From: an uncultured Bifidobacterium sp.
GTDB lineage: Bacteria > Verrucomicrobiota > Verrucomicrobiia > Limisphaerales > JADJPG01
Assembly (NCBI GenBank): GCA_964491875.1
Contig: CAZBIC010000026.1
Span: 48,090-112,089, forward strand
Direction of reading: 5' to 3'
Length of the DNA: 64,000 bases
Shown: in pieces, positions 36,407-44,500 of the stretch
Layout: each line of letters begins with the position of its first letter
How positions within the stretch are numbered: the stretch's first letter is position 1
Position numbers and translations under genes: made by a program
Notes under the pieces: generated by a model
Seen by the model: only the letters and a program-made list of their open reading frames with translations
Database searches by the model: none
What the model was told of the DNA's origin: nothing

Positions 36407-36889
36407 ATGCACATGAAAAACTTGATCACCCTCGGCGCCACGGCGCTGGTCGCCGCCGCCCTCACCGCTTGCAAGGACTCGCACGACCACGATCACGCCG
36501 GACACGGTCACCACCACACGCCACCGCACGGCGGCACCGCCGTCGCGCTGGGAAAGGAGGAGTTTCATCTCGAACTCGTCTTGGACGCGACCAACGCCAC
36601 GATGCAGGCCTACGTGATGGACGGCCATTTGGAGAACTACATCCGCGTCACCAACACCACCTTCAACGTCGTGGCATCGACCGACGGTCCGCCGAAGACG
36701 CTGACGTTTCAGGCCGTGGCCAGCACAGCCAGCGGCGAGAAAGTGGGCGACACCTCTCTCTTCGAAGCGAAGGCAGACTGGTTGAAGACCACGCCAAAGT
36801 TCGACGGCGTGCTTGAGGAACTCACGGTGCGCGGGAAGAAATTCGAGAAAGTCACTTTCAACTTTCCCAAGGGCAACCACGCCCACTGA
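36407..36889 (+). CDS. His-rich lipoprotein
   Basis: Lipobox AALTAC, followed immediately by KDSHDHDHAGHGHHHTPPHGG. The C-terminus ends KGNHAH. Confidence 0.6.
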   Translation: MHMKNLITLGATALVAAALTACKDSHDHDHAGHGHHHTPPHGGTAVALGKEEFHLELVLDATNATMQAYVMDGHLENYIRVTNTTFNVVASTDGPPKTLTFQAVASTASGEKVGDTSLFEAKADWLKTTPKFDGVLEELTVRGKKFEKVTFNFPKGNHAH

Positions 36890-36897
36890 CACCGCCC

Positions 36898-37263
36898 TCA
36901 GATCAGCACGACCGTGATCCCCTCATTGGCGCGCTCGAGATCCGAGTCGCCATTGAGTTCCGGAAAGCGGTTCAGCGCATCGAGGGTCGCCGCATTGAAA
37001 ATGCTCAACTGCTCGCCGGGAATGTAGCCCGAGATGGCACCTTCCTTCTTGCGCAGCGCCAGCGATTTCCTCAAGGCGTGACACAGCTTCCCGCCGACTC
37101 CCGACGAGCCGTAGCCGTGAATCACCTTCAGCACCCGCACCCGCCGGGATTTCGCTGAACGCAACTCCTCCGCGAGCCGGCGACGAGCCTCGTCCACAGT
37201 CGGGAAATCCATCTCCAAATTCACGCAGTGAACAAAACGCGGCAGGTTGGACGGTGACTTCAT
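36898..37263 (-). CDS. Smr-domain-like protein
   Basis: VDEARRRLAEELRSAKSRRVRVLKVIHGYGSSGVGGKL resembles the Smr core (iIHGkG). Start set at MKSPSNLPRF (37263). Confidence 0.65.
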   Translation of the reverse strand: MKSPSNLPRFVHCVNLEMDFPTVDEARRRLAEELRSAKSRRVRVLKVIHGYGSSGVGGKLCHALRKSLALRKKEGAISGYIPGEQLSIFNAATLDALNRFPELNGDSDLERANEGITVVLI

Positions 37264-37336
37264 GGTCGTAGCGCTGAAGGATAGGCGGTCGCAGCGCAGC
37301 CGGCAATGCCACGGAAGAATCCGACGACGAACAAAG

Positions 37337-39361
37337 TCACGGACCGAGGATGACGTTGCCGCTTCGGTTCGTGGAAAGGAAGTAACCACCACCGAGGTTC
37401 TGACGTTGCAGCAACGCCCCGGCGAACGAGATCGATTTGCCACCCGCTGGCGGCACGACGGCCCCACTAAAGCGTCCGGTGGATTTGCTGACGGACAGTG
37501 AGAGACGGTTCGCGCTTTGATTGACGAAGGTGTTCTGGGGCGTGAGCTGAATTTGGTTCGCGAACTCAGTCGCTACGTTGTCGAACGAGAACTCCACGAA
37601 ACCGTTGGTCATGCTCAGCAAAGGCTGGGTCGCGGTTGGCGAGAGGTATTGGCTCCCGAGCAGACTCGTAAGATTCGTAAATCCCGCGGGCGAAACCTTG
37701 CCAGTCGGTTGAGCCTGCTTGAACCAATGCACCCATCCCTCGATGTCACCGCTGGTTTGATTGGTGTCGATGATGGCGGCAGAAAGGAACGAGCCTTTGC
37801 CGTGATAAAGCACCGCATACAACGGCCAGTCGCCACTCTTTCCCATCGCCGCTCCGTGAGAAAACTTCGTCCCATCGGCCAGCGATCCAGCGCAGGCGAT
37901 TACTCCCTTCGTTGACACGCTGACCGTCGCGTAGCCTTCACCCTGCGGTGAGGCTGGCGCATTCGTTTCAGGCAGGATGCAGACCGTATATCGACCGGCC
38001 TGCGGCGCGGGATTGGTGCGGCCAAACGCGGATCGATTCAACGCGAGAGCCGATGTCCAAAGCGCGACGGCATTCGTGGGCTGCTCGCTCACGACGCCTT
38101 CAATGCGGTCGGTGTGATTGGTCAGGTCGAGATTCACTCTGGCGATCAGCGGATTCGTGCCGGTGCGCTTGAAAAAGCATTCCCCCGAGCCATCGAAGGC
38201 GAGTGCACCCGCGGCCGTGTAAGTTTTCCCGTTTTGTATCACCTTCGCCGAGTACGTGCCGGAACTCGCAAGCGTGAGCTGCATGAAGCCGGACGAGCGC
38301 TGGTCCGGTTCCAAACTGTCGCGAAACAAACCGGTATAGGTTCCGGCGAGACTGAGAAAGGGATTCGGGACAAACCGCGCGTTGAACGTGAGGTTCGATG
38401 TCATCACAAACTTCAAGCTCGCGTTCGCCGAAGAGGTGGAACCAGTCCAACCCGCGAAGAGGTTTCCCGGCGCCGCCTTGGCAGTGAGCGTGTATTGACG
38501 ACCTACATTGAGCAGTTGGGTGTTGGTCGCGCCGCTGATCGTTCCCGCGCCGTCGACCGAGAGGAAGAGCGGCTCACGCGCTGGCCCGATACGCGACGGG
38601 AGAATCGGAAACTCCGCAGTCGAATAATCGATCATCAGATCGTCGTAGTAGTGATTGGCGGGGCTGGTCTTGTCGTGGTCATCGTAACGTCCGAAACACA
38701 CCGTCCGGCAAAACTCGTTCAGCAGTGAGATTGAAGAGCTGCCCACAAGTTCCCACGTCGTTGCGTCGTAGACTTTGAGTTGGGCGCGGCGATTCGGCTG
38801 GTCCCAGAGCAACGTCACCCAATAGGTCGTGTTGGCCCTGACGATGAATGGATCGCGAGTCCCCGCTTGCGTGTGAATCTGCAGGACGAAATCCTCTCCC
38901 GGGAAATCCTGGAAGTTCAGCACGGCAAACTCATCGTCGCCCTCCATCGCGATCAGATCGTACGAGCCAAACGTCGAGCCATCGAAATCGCCGATGCGGA
39001 CAAAGCAGCCCATGCTTACCTTGGGGTGCGGCACGTCAAACGTGTACCGTGCGAACTCCCGATCCGTGTTGTTCCAAAACACGTAACCGCGGGTGGTCGA
39101 TTGATCGGAATAAAGATTCCCGCCCACCAACACCTGCGCGCCAAGGATCGGCTCGAAATCCGTCGTCACCCGCATGGCGCTGAGGGTGGAAGGAAAAGTC
39201 GTCCATGAACCGCCGCTGCCGTGCGTCGCGGCATTGAGCAAGTTGGAGGTTACCAACGATCCGCCTGAGCCGGACTCCATATCCAGATAGACATTCGCCG
39301 GCGTCGTCGCCGCGACGCCGCGAATGGCAAGGAGGATAAAAAGTAACAGGACGCGCAACAT
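37337..39361 (-). CDS. Large secreted protein of unknown function (contains a bacterial-repeat-like segment)
   Basis: Signal peptide MLRVLLLFILLAIRGVAA. The segment LSVDGAGTISGATNTQLLNVGRQYTLTAKAAPGNLFAGWTG...FNARFV resembles divergent InlB-B-type repeats. Confidence 0.6.
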   Translation of the reverse strand: MLRVLLLFILLAIRGVAATTPANVYLDMESGSGGSLVTSNLLNAATHGSGGSWTTFPSTLSAMRVTTDFEPILGAQVLVGGNLYSDQSTTRGYVFWNNTDREFARYTFDVPHPKVSMGCFVRIGDFDGSTFGSYDLIAMEGDDEFAVLNFQDFPGEDFVLQIHTQAGTRDPFIVRANTTYWVTLLWDQPNRRAQLKVYDATTWELVGSSSISLLNEFCRTVCFGRYDDHDKTSPANHYYDDLMIDYSTAEFPILPSRIGPAREPLFLSVDGAGTISGATNTQLLNVGRQYTLTAKAAPGNLFAGWTGSTSSANASLKFVMTSNLTFNARFVPNPFLSLAGTYTGLFRDSLEPDQRSSGFMQLTLASSGTYSAKVIQNGKTYTAAGALAFDGSGECFFKRTGTNPLIARVNLDLTNHTDRIEGVVSEQPTNAVALWTSALALNRSAFGRTNPAPQAGRYTVCILPETNAPASPQGEGYATVSVSTKGVIACAGSLADGTKFSHGAAMGKSGDWPLYAVLYHGKGSFLSAAIIDTNQTSGDIEGWVHWFKQAQPTGKVSPAGFTNLTSLLGSQYLSPTATQPLLSMTNGFVEFSFDNVATEFANQIQLTPQNTFVNQSANRLSLSVSKSTGRFSGAVVPPAGGKSISFAGALLQRQNLGGGYFLSTNRSGNVILGP

Positions 39362-39542
39362 GCAAAGCCCACGCAGACAGTTAACAATCACTTCTGCCGA
39401 GAATGACATGGAAACTATCGGAAGCCCTGGTGTGCGTCAATTGGTGCGAACTACGGTACTCCATGCCAGCGCCAATCGCCCCGCCTGCTCTCCTCAAATC
39501 ACCTGAATGCCATGTCCTCCGCAGCGTCTGCCATTCACACCT

Positions 39543-40418
39543 ATGAAATTGCCTTCCTTATTCGCCGCGTGCTGCCTTGCCTCCGCCGTGTCCGTATCCG
39601 CCGCCGATGACTACCAGCTGGGCCCAGATTCCCTTCCGAAGGCCGGAGTTCCAGTCGGTCGCGTGGAAGGACCGTTCGAGTTCCGCAGCCAGGTCTTCAC
39701 CAACACTCTGCGTGAATACTGGATCTACGTTCCGGCCCAATACACTGCCGAGAAGCCGGCGTCCGTGATGGTCTTTCAGGATGGCCACAAATACGTGAAG
39801 ACCAACGAGGAATATCGCGTGCCGGTGGTGTTCGACAATCTCATCGCCGCCAGGGAGATGCCCGTGACCATTGGTATCTTCATCACACCCGGGCATCGCG
39901 GAACCGAAATGCCGGCAGATCGTTGGAAGGGCAACAATCGCAGCTTCGAATACGATTCCCTCGGCGATACCTACGCTCGTTTCCTGCTCGACGAGATGCT
40001 GCCCGAAGTCGGTAAGAAGTATAGCCTGACCAAAAATCCAGAAGGCCGCGCAATTTGTGGCGTGAGCAGCGGCGGCATCTGCGCCTTCACCGTGGCCTGG
40101 GAACGCCCCGACCAATTTCGGAAAGTGATGAGTCACATCGGCAGCTTCACGGATATCCGGGGCGGACACGTGTATCCCGCGCTGATTCGCAAGACGCCTC
40201 CCAAGCCACTCCGGATCTTCCTGCAAGACGGCGCAAACGATCTGGACAATCGCTTCGGCAACTGGCCGCTCGCCAACCAGCAAATGGCCGCGTCGCTGAA
40301 GTTCGCGAAGTACGACTATCGGTTTGAGTTCGGCGACGGGGGACACACGCACAAACACGGTGGGGCGTTGCTCCCGGATTCGTTGCGCTGGTTGTGGCGG
40401 GGTTACCAGCGCGAGTAA
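39543..40418 (+). CDS. Secreted esterase (putative esterase / enterochelin-esterase-like alpha/beta hydrolase)
   Basis: Signal peptide [20 protein letters not shown] and nucleophile elbow [16 protein letters not shown] and VMVFQDGH are typical for this family. Confidence 0.8.
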   Translation: MKLPSLFAACCLASAVSVSAADDYQLGPDSLPKAGVPVGRVEGPFEFRSQVFTNTLREYWIYVPAQYTAEKPASVMVFQDGHKYVKTNEEYRVPVVFDNLIAAREMPVTIGIFITPGHRGTEMPADRWKGNNRSFEYDSLGDTYARFLLDEMLPEVGKKYSLTKNPEGRAICGVSSGGICAFTVAWERPDQFRKVMSHIGSFTDIRGGHVYPALIRKTPPKPLRIFLQDGANDLDNRFGNWPLANQQMAASLKFAKYDYRFEFGDGGHTHKHGGALLPDSLRWLWRGYQRE

Positions 40419-40511
40419 TAATCATCCACCGATGCGTTTGGATTTTGAGAACTCGTTGACGACCCGGTGGGTTGAGCCAGCCGGGACGACGCTCCTGCGG
40501 CACCAGCCCAT

Positions 40512-41012
40512 TTATCCCAGCGACCGGTAGATCACGTTCGCGGTGAACAACAGCATCATCGCCACGCAGCAGGCCAGTTTCCCGATCGCGCCGGCGAGCA
40601 GACCAATCGTGGCGCCGACGCCAGCTTTCGACGCCTCCTTCCACTGGCGTCCGCCCGCCATCTCGAACAGCGCCGCGCCGATAAACGGCCCGAGCAAAAT
40701 ACCCGGCAGGTTGAAGAACAGTCCGATCAACCCGCCCACGATCGCACCCACGGCGCCGCGCCAGGTCGCTCCCAGCCGTTTCGCTCCATACATGCTGGCG
40801 GCATAATCCACCACCAACGAAATGACCGTGAACACTCCGAGCACGCCGACGACCCACCATGCCGCGCCCGCCGGACCGAAGTAGAGCTTGTGCGCCAGCG
40901 CCCCGACGAACACCAGCGGCGTGCTGGGTAATCCAGGCAGAATGCTGCCCGCCACCCCGATGCCCATCAGGAGCAGCGCGAAAACCAGTCCGAGAACTTG
41001 CTCTGTCGTCAT
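40512..41012 (-). CDS. DUF456-family membrane protein
   Basis: GSILPGLPSTPLVFVGAL...DYAASMYGAKRLGAT...LLGPFIGAALFE pattern across four TM segments. Confidence 0.75.
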   Translation of the reverse strand: MTTEQVLGLVFALLLMGIGVAGSILPGLPSTPLVFVGALAHKLYFGPAGAAWWVVGVLGVFTVISLVVDYAASMYGAKRLGATWRGAVGAIVGGLIGLFFNLPGILLGPFIGAALFEMAGGRQWKEASKAGVGATIGLLAGAIGKLACCVAMMLLFTANVIYRSLG

Positions 41013-41272
41013 ACCAGCAACATAGCGGCGACCGGCCTCAGCACACTTACAATTTCAGAATGGATTTCAAGTTCTCCCACAGCTGTCCCGGCGGCTGAAC
41101 AATTACGTCACCGGCAGCTCTACGAGCAGATGAGTGCGCAGGCGGACGGGCAATCGAACCCTCGGAACGCATCGGCCGGTGAGCGACGGCTTTACTTCTC
41201 GCGTCACGGTTTTAATCTTCCCGCCACGCAGCTTCAGGAGCTCCGCAACGCGCGCATCGTCGGCGAGCAGGC

Positions 41273-41989
41273 TTGTGCTGGCAGCGGAACTCAACCAAAC
41301 ACATTGTGATCTCTGTCATCGCCGGCGCATTTTCCGCAGGAGTCATCCACGTCCTTTCCGGGCCGGACCACCTTGCAGCCGTCGCTCCTCTGTCGCTGGA
41401 TTCCCGGCGTCGCGCGTGGACGACCGGCGTGCGCTGGGGAATCGGCCATTCGGTCGGCGTCCTGATCGTCGGACTGCTTTCCCTCGCCCTGCGCGAAGTG
41501 CTTCCTCTGGAAGCCCTCTCTTCGTGGGCGGAGCGAATTGTCGGCGTTGTCCTGCTCGGCATCGGCATCTGGGGATTGCGCAGCGCGCTGACCCGCCATG
41601 TGCATGTGCATGAGCATTCTCACGACGGCCAGACTCATGCGCACATCCACCTGCACGGGCACGAGACCGCGCATTCGCACAACAACACCGCGCCAAAGGC
41701 TCACGCCCATTCCCATGCCGCCTTCGCCGTGGGAACACTCCATGGCCTCGCCGGCAGCTCCCATTTTCTCGGCGTCCTGCCTGCGATGGCGTTCCCCAGC
41801 AACGCGCAGGCGGCGGGCTATTTGATCGCCTACGGACTCGGCAGCATCATGGCGATGGGCGTGTTCTCCACGGCCATGAGCTGGATGACCCGCCACTTCG
41901 CCTCCCGCGGCGCGCACGCCTACCAATTCGTCATGGGCGGCTGTTCCGTCATCGCCATTGCCGTCGGCCTCTACTGGCTCGCCGCCTGA
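41273..41989 (+). CDS. Metal cation transporter with central His-rich loop (NicO/RcnA/UreH-like superfamily)
   Basis: VIHVLSGPDHLAAV and LHGLAGSSHF TM motifs flank the loop HVHVHEHSHDGQTHAHIHLHGHETAHSHNNTAPKAHAHSHA. Start uncertain (TTG 41273 or GTG 41306). Confidence 0.65.
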   Translation: MCWQRNSTKHIVISVIAGAFSAGVIHVLSGPDHLAAVAPLSLDSRRRAWTTGVRWGIGHSVGVLIVGLLSLALREVLPLEALSSWAERIVGVVLLGIGIWGLRSALTRHVHVHEHSHDGQTHAHIHLHGHETAHSHNNTAPKAHAHSHAAFAVGTLHGLAGSSHFLGVLPAMAFPSNAQAAGYLIAYGLGSIMAMGVFSTAMSWMTRHFASRGAHAYQFVMGGCSVIAIAVGLYWLAA

Positions 41990-42061
41990 TTTCAAGGCTG
42001 CCGCCGCCATTTCGCGTTCGGGCTTTCGCCAACCGCCATTACCCGCTAGTCTATTCCTGAC

Positions 42062-43306
42062 ATGGGTTCGCCTGAGCCAACTGCAATCGACTGGAAGAAG
42101 CTGCGAGAGGATTTCCCGATCCTCCGCGAGCAGATCAACGGACATCCGCTGATCTACTTCGACAACGGCGCCACCGCCCAGAAACCGCGACCGGTGTTGC
42201 AGGCCATCCAGCACTACTACGAGCACGAAAACGCGAACGTTCATCGAGGCATCCACGAACTGAGCAATCGCGCGACCGGAGCCTACGAAGGCGCCCGTGA
42301 GCGCGTGGCAAAATTCCTCAACGCCCGCTCCGCGCAGGAAATCATCTTCACCCGCGGCACCACGGAAGGCATCAATCTCGTCGCCGAGACTTGGGCACTA
42401 AACAACCTCAAGCGCGACGATGTCATTCTGCTCTCCGAGCTGGAGCATCACAGCAATCTCGTCCCCTGGCAGATGGTCGCCGAGCGCACAGGCGCGAAGC
42501 TCGACTACATCCCAGTCACCGGCGACGAAGGCACGCTCGACCTCAGCCGCCTCGACGAACAGCTCGCTCGCGGCGTAAAACTGCTCTCCATCACGCACAT
42601 TTCCAACTCGATGGCCGTGGTGAATCCCGTCGCCGACATCTGCGCGCGGGCACGGAAGCATGGCGTCATCACTGTCATCGACGCGGCCCAAAGCGCCGGT
42701 CACCTGCCGCTCGATGTTCAAGCCGTAGGATGCGACTTCCTTGCCTTCAGCAGTCACAAGATTTGCGGCCCCACCGGCATCGGCGTGCTCTACGGACGCC
42801 GCGAAATTCTTGAGAACCTTCCGCCCTACCAAGGCGGTGGCGAAATGATTTCCAAGGTCGAATATTTCAAGACCACGTACAACGTCCCGCCCCACCGCTT
42901 CGAAGCCGGCACGCCGCACATCGAAGGCGCCGTCGGACTCCGCGCCGCCATCGATTACCTCGACGCCATCGGACGCGAGCGAATCTTCGCCCACGATCAG
43001 GAGCTCGCTGAATATTGCGCCGAACGCCTGCGGGAATTTTCCGGCATCCGCATCTTCGGACCGAAATCTGGCCGGGCGGGCCTCGTCAGCTTTATCCTGC
43101 CAAACGCCCACGCCCTCGACGTCGCCACGATGGTCGACCAACGCGGCGTCGCCTTGCGCGCCGGTCACCACTGCAACCAGCCGTTGATGGCCAAGCTCGG
43201 TGTCCCGGCCACGCTGCGAGCGAGCTTTTACTTCTACAACACCCGGGACGAGGTGGAACGCTTCATCGAGATTCTCCACAAGGTGAACAAACTCTTCGCC
43301 AACTAA
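42062..43306 (+). CDS. sufS: Cysteine desulfurase, SufS type
   Basis: NVHRGIHELS, SSHKICGPTGIGVLYG (PLP lysine) and RAGHHCNQPL (catalytic Cys loop). Confidence 0.92.
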   Translation: MGSPEPTAIDWKKLREDFPILREQINGHPLIYFDNGATAQKPRPVLQAIQHYYEHENANVHRGIHELSNRATGAYEGARERVAKFLNARSAQEIIFTRGTTEGINLVAETWALNNLKRDDVILLSELEHHSNLVPWQMVAERTGAKLDYIPVTGDEGTLDLSRLDEQLARGVKLLSITHISNSMAVVNPVADICARARKHGVITVIDAAQSAGHLPLDVQAVGCDFLAFSSHKICGPTGIGVLYGRREILENLPPYQGGGEMISKVEYFKTTYNVPPHRFEAGTPHIEGAVGLRAAIDYLDAIGRERIFAHDQELAEYCAERLREFSGIRIFGPKSGRAGLVSFILPNAHALDVATMVDQRGVALRAGHHCNQPLMAKLGVPATLRASFYFYNTRDEVERFIEILHKVNKLFAN

Positions 43307-43315
43307 TTTACCGTC

Positions 43316-43858
43316 ATGGACCTGACCTCCAGTTCAACCATGGAGCAAGTGCTCGCCGCCTATCCCGGCGCGCGACGCGCGTTGTTCCGCAAGTATCACA
43401 TCGGCGGCTGCTCCAGCTGCGGATTCGCACCGAATGAAACGCTGGCACAACTGGCCGAGCGCAATGGAAAGCTGAACGTGGACGAAGTGATCGCCCACAT
43501 CCAATCCGCCGCCGAGACCGATCGTCAGCTCGAAGTTTCCCCCAGCGATGTTGCAGAACGCCGGAAGCGCGGAGAGAAGATCAGACTGCTCGATCTGCGC
43601 ACCCGCGAAGAATGGGACGCCGTCCACCTCGAAGGAGCGGAGTTCGTGACCCAGGACCTCATCCAACGTCTGATGGGTAAGGACGGCCAGGATGGTCTGC
43701 TCGTCTTCTACGATCATTCGGGCGCGAGCAGCATCGACGCCGCGGCGTATTTCGCCGGACATGGCTTCGCGAACGCGAAATTCATGCGCGGCGGAATTGA
43801 TGCGTGGTCCCAGGAAGTCGACGCCAGCGTGCCACGTTACCAACTGGAGAACGCGTGA
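43316..43858 (+). CDS. DUF1858 (CxxC) domain fused to a rhodanese-homology domain that lacks the catalytic Cys
   Basis: N-terminus YPGARRALFRKYHIGGCSSCGF. Rhodanese fold RLLDLRTREEWDAVHLEGA...GGIDAWS. The active-site loop reads FYDHSGASS, where canonical enzymes have Y-C-x-x-G-x-R-S. Confidence 0.7.
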   Translation: MDLTSSSTMEQVLAAYPGARRALFRKYHIGGCSSCGFAPNETLAQLAERNGKLNVDEVIAHIQSAAETDRQLEVSPSDVAERRKRGEKIRLLDLRTREEWDAVHLEGAEFVTQDLIQRLMGKDGQDGLLVFYDHSGASSIDAAAYFAGHGFANAKFMRGGIDAWSQEVDASVPRYQLENA

Positions 43859-43928
43859 GCGTCAGTGGGGAGAATTGCGGCAGAAGTGAATTGAGCCTGC
43901 TCGGGTCAGCTGCGACGAAAACAGTTTT

Positions 43929-44432
43929 ATGAACGAAGAATTTCAAAAGCGCGTCGACGAAGCGATCGCCAATCCCCAGAACATGGGCGAGATGTCGGGC
44001 GCCGACTCAATCGGGACCGTGGGTAACGCGGACTGCGGCGACATGCTCCGCGTGTGGGTGAAGTTCAAGGAAGAGAACGGACGCAAGGTCATCGACAAGG
44101 CAAGTTTTCAGAGCTTCGGCTGCGAGACCGCCATCGCAGCCGCGAGCCTCGCCATGGAACTCATTCGCGGAAAAACGCCCGAGGAAGCGATGAAGATGCG
44201 CGGTGAAGAATTCGCAAAAGATCTCGGACCGCTCCCGCCCACCAAAGTTCACTGCACGCAACTGGTCGAAGGCGCCATCCGCTCCGCGCTGGATCCCAAG
44301 CCAAACGACGCCGCACCGAAGCCGACCACTCCCGCGCCCGCGTCCCCAGCGCCACAGGGCAATCTCAACGAGAGCTTCAGTCAGCCCAAGCAAGGCGTGC
44401 GGGTAGTCTTCCTCAAGCCGCAAAGCGGTTAG
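43929..44432 (+). CDS. IscU/NifU-N-type Fe-S cluster scaffold
   Basis: GNADCGDMLRVWV, FQSFGCETAIAAAS and PPTKVHCTQL give the three conserved Cys. The Pro/Ala-rich C-terminal tail is atypical. Confidence 0.85.
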   Translation: MNEEFQKRVDEAIANPQNMGEMSGADSIGTVGNADCGDMLRVWVKFKEENGRKVIDKASFQSFGCETAIAAASLAMELIRGKTPEEAMKMRGEEFAKDLGPLPPTKVHCTQLVEGAIRSALDPKPNDAAPKPTTPAPASPAPQGNLNESFSQPKQGVRVVFLKPQSG

Positions 44433-44440
44433 CAACAGTA

Positions 44441-44476
44441 GAAAGAAAAACGGGCGACCGCTTTCGCGATCGCCCG
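44441..44476 (-). terminator. Intrinsic terminator after the giant gene
   Basis: Minus strand reads CGGGCGA-TCGCGAAAGCGG-TCGCCCG followed by TTTTTCTTTC. It lies 24 nt after the stop at 44501. Confidence 0.65.
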
Positions 44477-44500
44477 TGATGAATCGCCCGCAGGCAGAAT

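Noticed and set aside
41013-41272. Possible metal (NiCo-type) riboswitch or small ORFs upstream of the His-loop transporter
   Set aside because: The gap is 260 nt. I could not match the conserved junction sequences of the czcD/NiCo motif from memory. The two overlapping ORFs (103 aa plus strand, 63 aa minus strand) have no motifs. An Infernal scan is needed.
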